24,000 bases of DNA from Ruania zhangjianzhongii (GTDB lineage Bacteria; Actinomycetota; Actinomycetes; Actinomycetales; Beutenbergiaceae), in assembly GCF_008000995.1 (NCBI RefSeq), contig NZ_CP042828.1, positions 2,260,882 to 2,284,881 on the forward strand, read 5' to 3'. The notes under the pieces are model-generated. The model was not told the origin of the DNA and searched no databases. It worked only from the letters and a program-made list of their open reading frames with translations. The translations under genes were made by a program, and so were the position numbers. Shown here one piece after another: positions 22,008-24,000 of the stretch (positions within the stretch are counted from its first letter, which is position 1; each line of letters opens with the position of its first letter).

Positions 22008-22544
22008 TCACGGCCGCCGGGGTCCGGTAGAGATCAGGCGAGCGCTCTCGAGCAGGTCGTGCAGTTCCTGCGCGTCGTGGGCGAGGCCGATGGGTACCGA
22101 GGTGGTCTTGGCCTCGCCGACCAGCGCCACCATCAGTTGCCCGCGACTACTTCGTTGGATCTCGATGTCGCGGATGGTTGACCAGGACACCGCGGGCCGC
22201 AGCGGGCCGGCCTGACGCGCTACCCGGACGCCGTCGGTGGTGAGCACCAGGCCGGGGCTGGCGCCGATGAGGCGGCGCACTGCGAGGACTACCAGCGGGA
22301 CCATGATCAGCACGGCGACCAGGAAGAGCAGGATCACCGCTGCGGCCAGGGCCCGGCGGCCGGCGGAGAGCTCCGCGTCCGCCAGATCCGCAAGAGAGCC
22401 CGGGATCGTCGCGATCGTCAGGATGAGCATCAGCAGCGTGACCGCGCCGCCCAGGATCAGCTCGCGCCTGGCGTAGGCAGTGCTGAAATCAACCTCGACG
22501 CGCCCGGCGGCGCGGAACTGGTGCAGGGTGTGCTCGATGGTCAT
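22008..22544 (-). CDS. Small two-TM membrane protein with a PH-domain-like C-terminal region (paralogue A)
   Basis: 178 aa counted from ATG 22544, which forms an ATGA overlap with the paralogue B stop. The layout is MTIEHTLHQFRAAGRVEV..., two hydrophobic helices, then PGLVLTTDGVRV...VSWSTIRDIEI...QELHDLLESARL. The N-terminal 137 aa of ORF 22008-22955 overlap paralogue B and are not coding. Confidence 0.6.
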   Translation of the reverse strand: MTIEHTLHQFRAAGRVEVDFSTAYARRELILGGAVTLLMLILTIATIPGSLADLADAELSAGRRALAAAVILLFLVAVLIMVPLVVLAVRRLIGASPGLVLTTDGVRVARQAGPLRPAVSWSTIRDIEIQRSSRGQLMVALVGEAKTTSVPIGLAHDAQELHDLLESARLISTGPRRP

Positions 22545-23089
22545 GCCTGTTGGCCTCCGGTGGCGACGAGTCGGGCGTTCTCGAGGAGGTAGTGCAGCTC
22601 CTGGGGGTCGTACTGCATGCTTCGCGGGACATAGACCGGGCGTGCCGCGGTCATCAGGGTGACCACCGGTTGCCCCGAGCCTCGCTGCTGGAGCGTGATC
22701 GAGTCGATCGCGTTCCATGGCACTGGTGTCTTGGGCCTGGCCAACGCTGTGCCGACGGACACTCCCTGGCGACTGAGCAGCAGCCCTGGCGCCGGTGACT
22801 CGGCGTTCATGCGTTCGCGAACAAGGATGATCGTCCACAGCATGAGTCCGACCGGCACGGCGAACAGCACCAGAAGGCCGACCATCGCCGGGACGGCCCA
22901 GCCGGGCCCATCCTCGCGAGTAGCCTCGGCCATCAGCGAGGTGGTGTAGACGCACACGGCGCAGACGGCAACGAGCAGCAGCAGGCCGATGATCGCGCTG
23001 ATCAGGTCTTTGCGGCAGCGCGCCCGGTCGTAGCCCACCTGGGTCTGTCCGGTGCTGCGGAACTGGCGCAGGACATCGTCGATGGTCAT
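22541..23089 (-). CDS. Small two-TM membrane protein with a PH-domain-like C-terminal region (paralogue B)
   Basis: 182 aa: MTIDDVLRQFRSTGQTQV..., two TM helices, then PGLLLSRQGVSV...VPWNAIDSITL...QELHYLLENARL. The RBS AAGGGGAG lies upstream of ATG 23089. Confidence 0.6.
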   Translation of the reverse strand: MTIDDVLRQFRSTGQTQVGYDRARCRKDLISAIIGLLLLVAVCAVCVYTTSLMAEATREDGPGWAVPAMVGLLVLFAVPVGLMLWTIILVRERMNAESPAPGLLLSRQGVSVGTALARPKTPVPWNAIDSITLQQRGSGQPVVTLMTAARPVYVPRSMQYDPQELHYLLENARLVATGGQQA

Positions 23090-23133
23090 GAGCTCCCCTT
23101 GGTATGCGCCGGCGATCTCCGCACCATAGCGGG

Positions 23134-23667
23134 CTAGCGCGGGGGTGGGGCGAACATCCGATGGGCAGAACTCACCAACGCATAGAGCCGTTCATCCTCG
23201 AACTCCAGGCGGATCGGCACCGTCTTGCCCTTCTTCCCGGACATGATCAGCACCACGGTGCGGTGAACGATCCGCAGGGCGCGCACCTCGGTCACCTGGG
23301 GCCAAGGCACCGACGCGGTCGCGCGTCTGCCGGGTGCCCCGACGGCGGCGCCCTGCGCGGTCAGCACCAGGCCGGGGTGCTGACCGTTCACCCGGCCCGC
23401 AGCGAGTGCCGCCAGCCAGGCAGCGAGGCCGACCAGCCCGGCGAGCACACCGGCGCACACGGCGAAGATCGCCACGCCGGCCGGGTCCGGCTCGCTGCTC
23501 AGTCCGGTGATCTGCCACAGCCGCACCAGGCCGGCCAACCCCGCGACGACGACGAACGCCAGGGCAATCAACGAGCCGATCAGGTGGGCGACGGCGAAGC
23601 GGTGCTGGTAACGCACGGCGAGGTACCCGGTATGCCGGAGCTGCGCGAGTGCCTGGTCGACGGTCAC
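23134..23667 (-). CDS. Small two-TM membrane protein with a PH-domain-like C-terminal region (paralogue C)
   Basis: Alignment with paralogues A and B favours GTG 23667 as the start (VTVDQALAQLRHTGYLAV...). ATG 23736 would add a 23-aa Pro/Thr-rich extension that the paralogues lack. Two TM helices are followed by PGLVLTAQGAAV...VPWPQVTEVRAL.... Confidence 0.55.
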   Translation of the reverse strand: MTVDQALAQLRHTGYLAVRYQHRFAVAHLIGSLIALAFVVVAGLAGLVRLWQITGLSSEPDPAGVAIFAVCAGVLAGLVGLAAWLAALAAGRVNGQHPGLVLTAQGAAVGAPGRRATASVPWPQVTEVRALRIVHRTVVLIMSGKKGKTVPIRLEFEDERLYALVSSAHRMFAPPPR

Positions 23668-23743
23668 AGCTTCTGCCCCCCATTTCGGTGATTGCTGCCG
23701 GGTAGCGTAGCCCGGCGTCGGGGTGGGCGGATACATTCGAGGG

Positions 23744-24000
23744 ATGGACCCGCCACTGCACCTCCGCGACGTGATCGGCTACCTGGAGCGACGCTACCCG
23801 CCCGCCACTGCCGAGCCCTGGGATGCGGTGGGGCTGGTGGTCGGGGACCCGGTCGCACCGGTGGAGCGGGTGCTGTTCGCGATCGACCCGACCGAGGAGG
23901 TGGTGGCCGAAGCGGCCTCCGCCGGTGCGGACCTGCTGGTCACCCACCACCCGCTGCTGCTCAAGCCGGTGCACTCCGTGGCCGCCACCGGTGCCAAGGG
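23744..24000 (+). CDS. Nif3-like dinuclear-metal-centre protein (YbgI/NIF3 family), N-terminal fragment running off the window
   Basis: From ATG 23744 the translation is MDPPLHLRDVIGYLERRYPPATAEPWDAVGLVVGDPVAPVERVLFAIDPTEEVVAEAASAGADLLVTHHPLLLKPV, a canonical Nif3 N-terminus (WDxxGL...D.t..v..eA...gadlivtHHP). It is not in the ORF track because the frame has no in-window stop. Confidence 0.85.
   Translation, partial: MDPPLHLRDVIGYLERRYPPATAEPWDAVGLVVGDPVAPVERVLFAIDPTEEVVAEAASAGADLLVTHHPLLLKPVHSVAATGAK

Noticed and set aside
22545-22955. N-terminal extension of ORF 22008-22955
   Set aside because: It overlaps paralogue B in another frame. Alignment of the three paralogues and the ATGA junction place the true start at 22544.
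1-24000. Genomic island or mobile element interpretation of the accessory-looking left half
   Set aside because: No integrase, transposase, tRNA attachment site or flanking direct or inverted repeats are present. No obvious GC shift is visible by eye, and codon usage looks uniform.

Overview
High-GC (about 70%+) actinobacterial-type chromosomal DNA, densely coding, with no rRNA, tRNA, CRISPR array or transposase/integrase visible. I support 30 protein-coding genes (two cut by the window edges) plus several non-coding repeats and candidate regulatory sites.

The left 9.6 kb is regulator-rich. It holds two ECF41/SigJ-like sigma factors and one ECF42-like sigma factor with its YCII/DGPF partner. 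Between them lie a DUF6328 / GNAT / GyrI-like / MprF-TM-like gene string and a CYP152 peroxygenase-type P450.

The middle holds a DHA2 MFS efflux-type transporter and an RHH-VOC gene pair.

The standout region is 12.4-22.0 kb, a ten-gene, apparently single operon. Its gaps or overlaps range from +9 to -8 nt. It contains the full gene set of the uncharacterised E. coli yhfZ-yhfY-yhfX-yhfW-php-yhfU-yhfT-yhfS cluster in a different order. The 3' end is translationally coupled to ptsH (HPr) and ptsI (Enzyme I). No recognisable EIIA/B/C is present in the window. I interpret this as a candidate non-canonical PTS-linked catabolic and regulatory system, built from a PRD-only protein, a DUF2620 Cys-His protein and a YhfT permease.

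Downstream are three tandem paralogues of a small two-TM, PH-domain-like membrane protein, then the start of a Nif3-family gene.

Other observations:
- A promoter-like motif containing an identical 13-mer lies upstream of the second SigJ-like gene and of the neighbouring membrane-protein gene.
- A 36-bp tandem repeat contains six copies of a 12-mer.
- A 34-bp near-perfect tandem duplication lies upstream of the MFS gene.

All family assignments come from reading the translations by eye. No database search was run.
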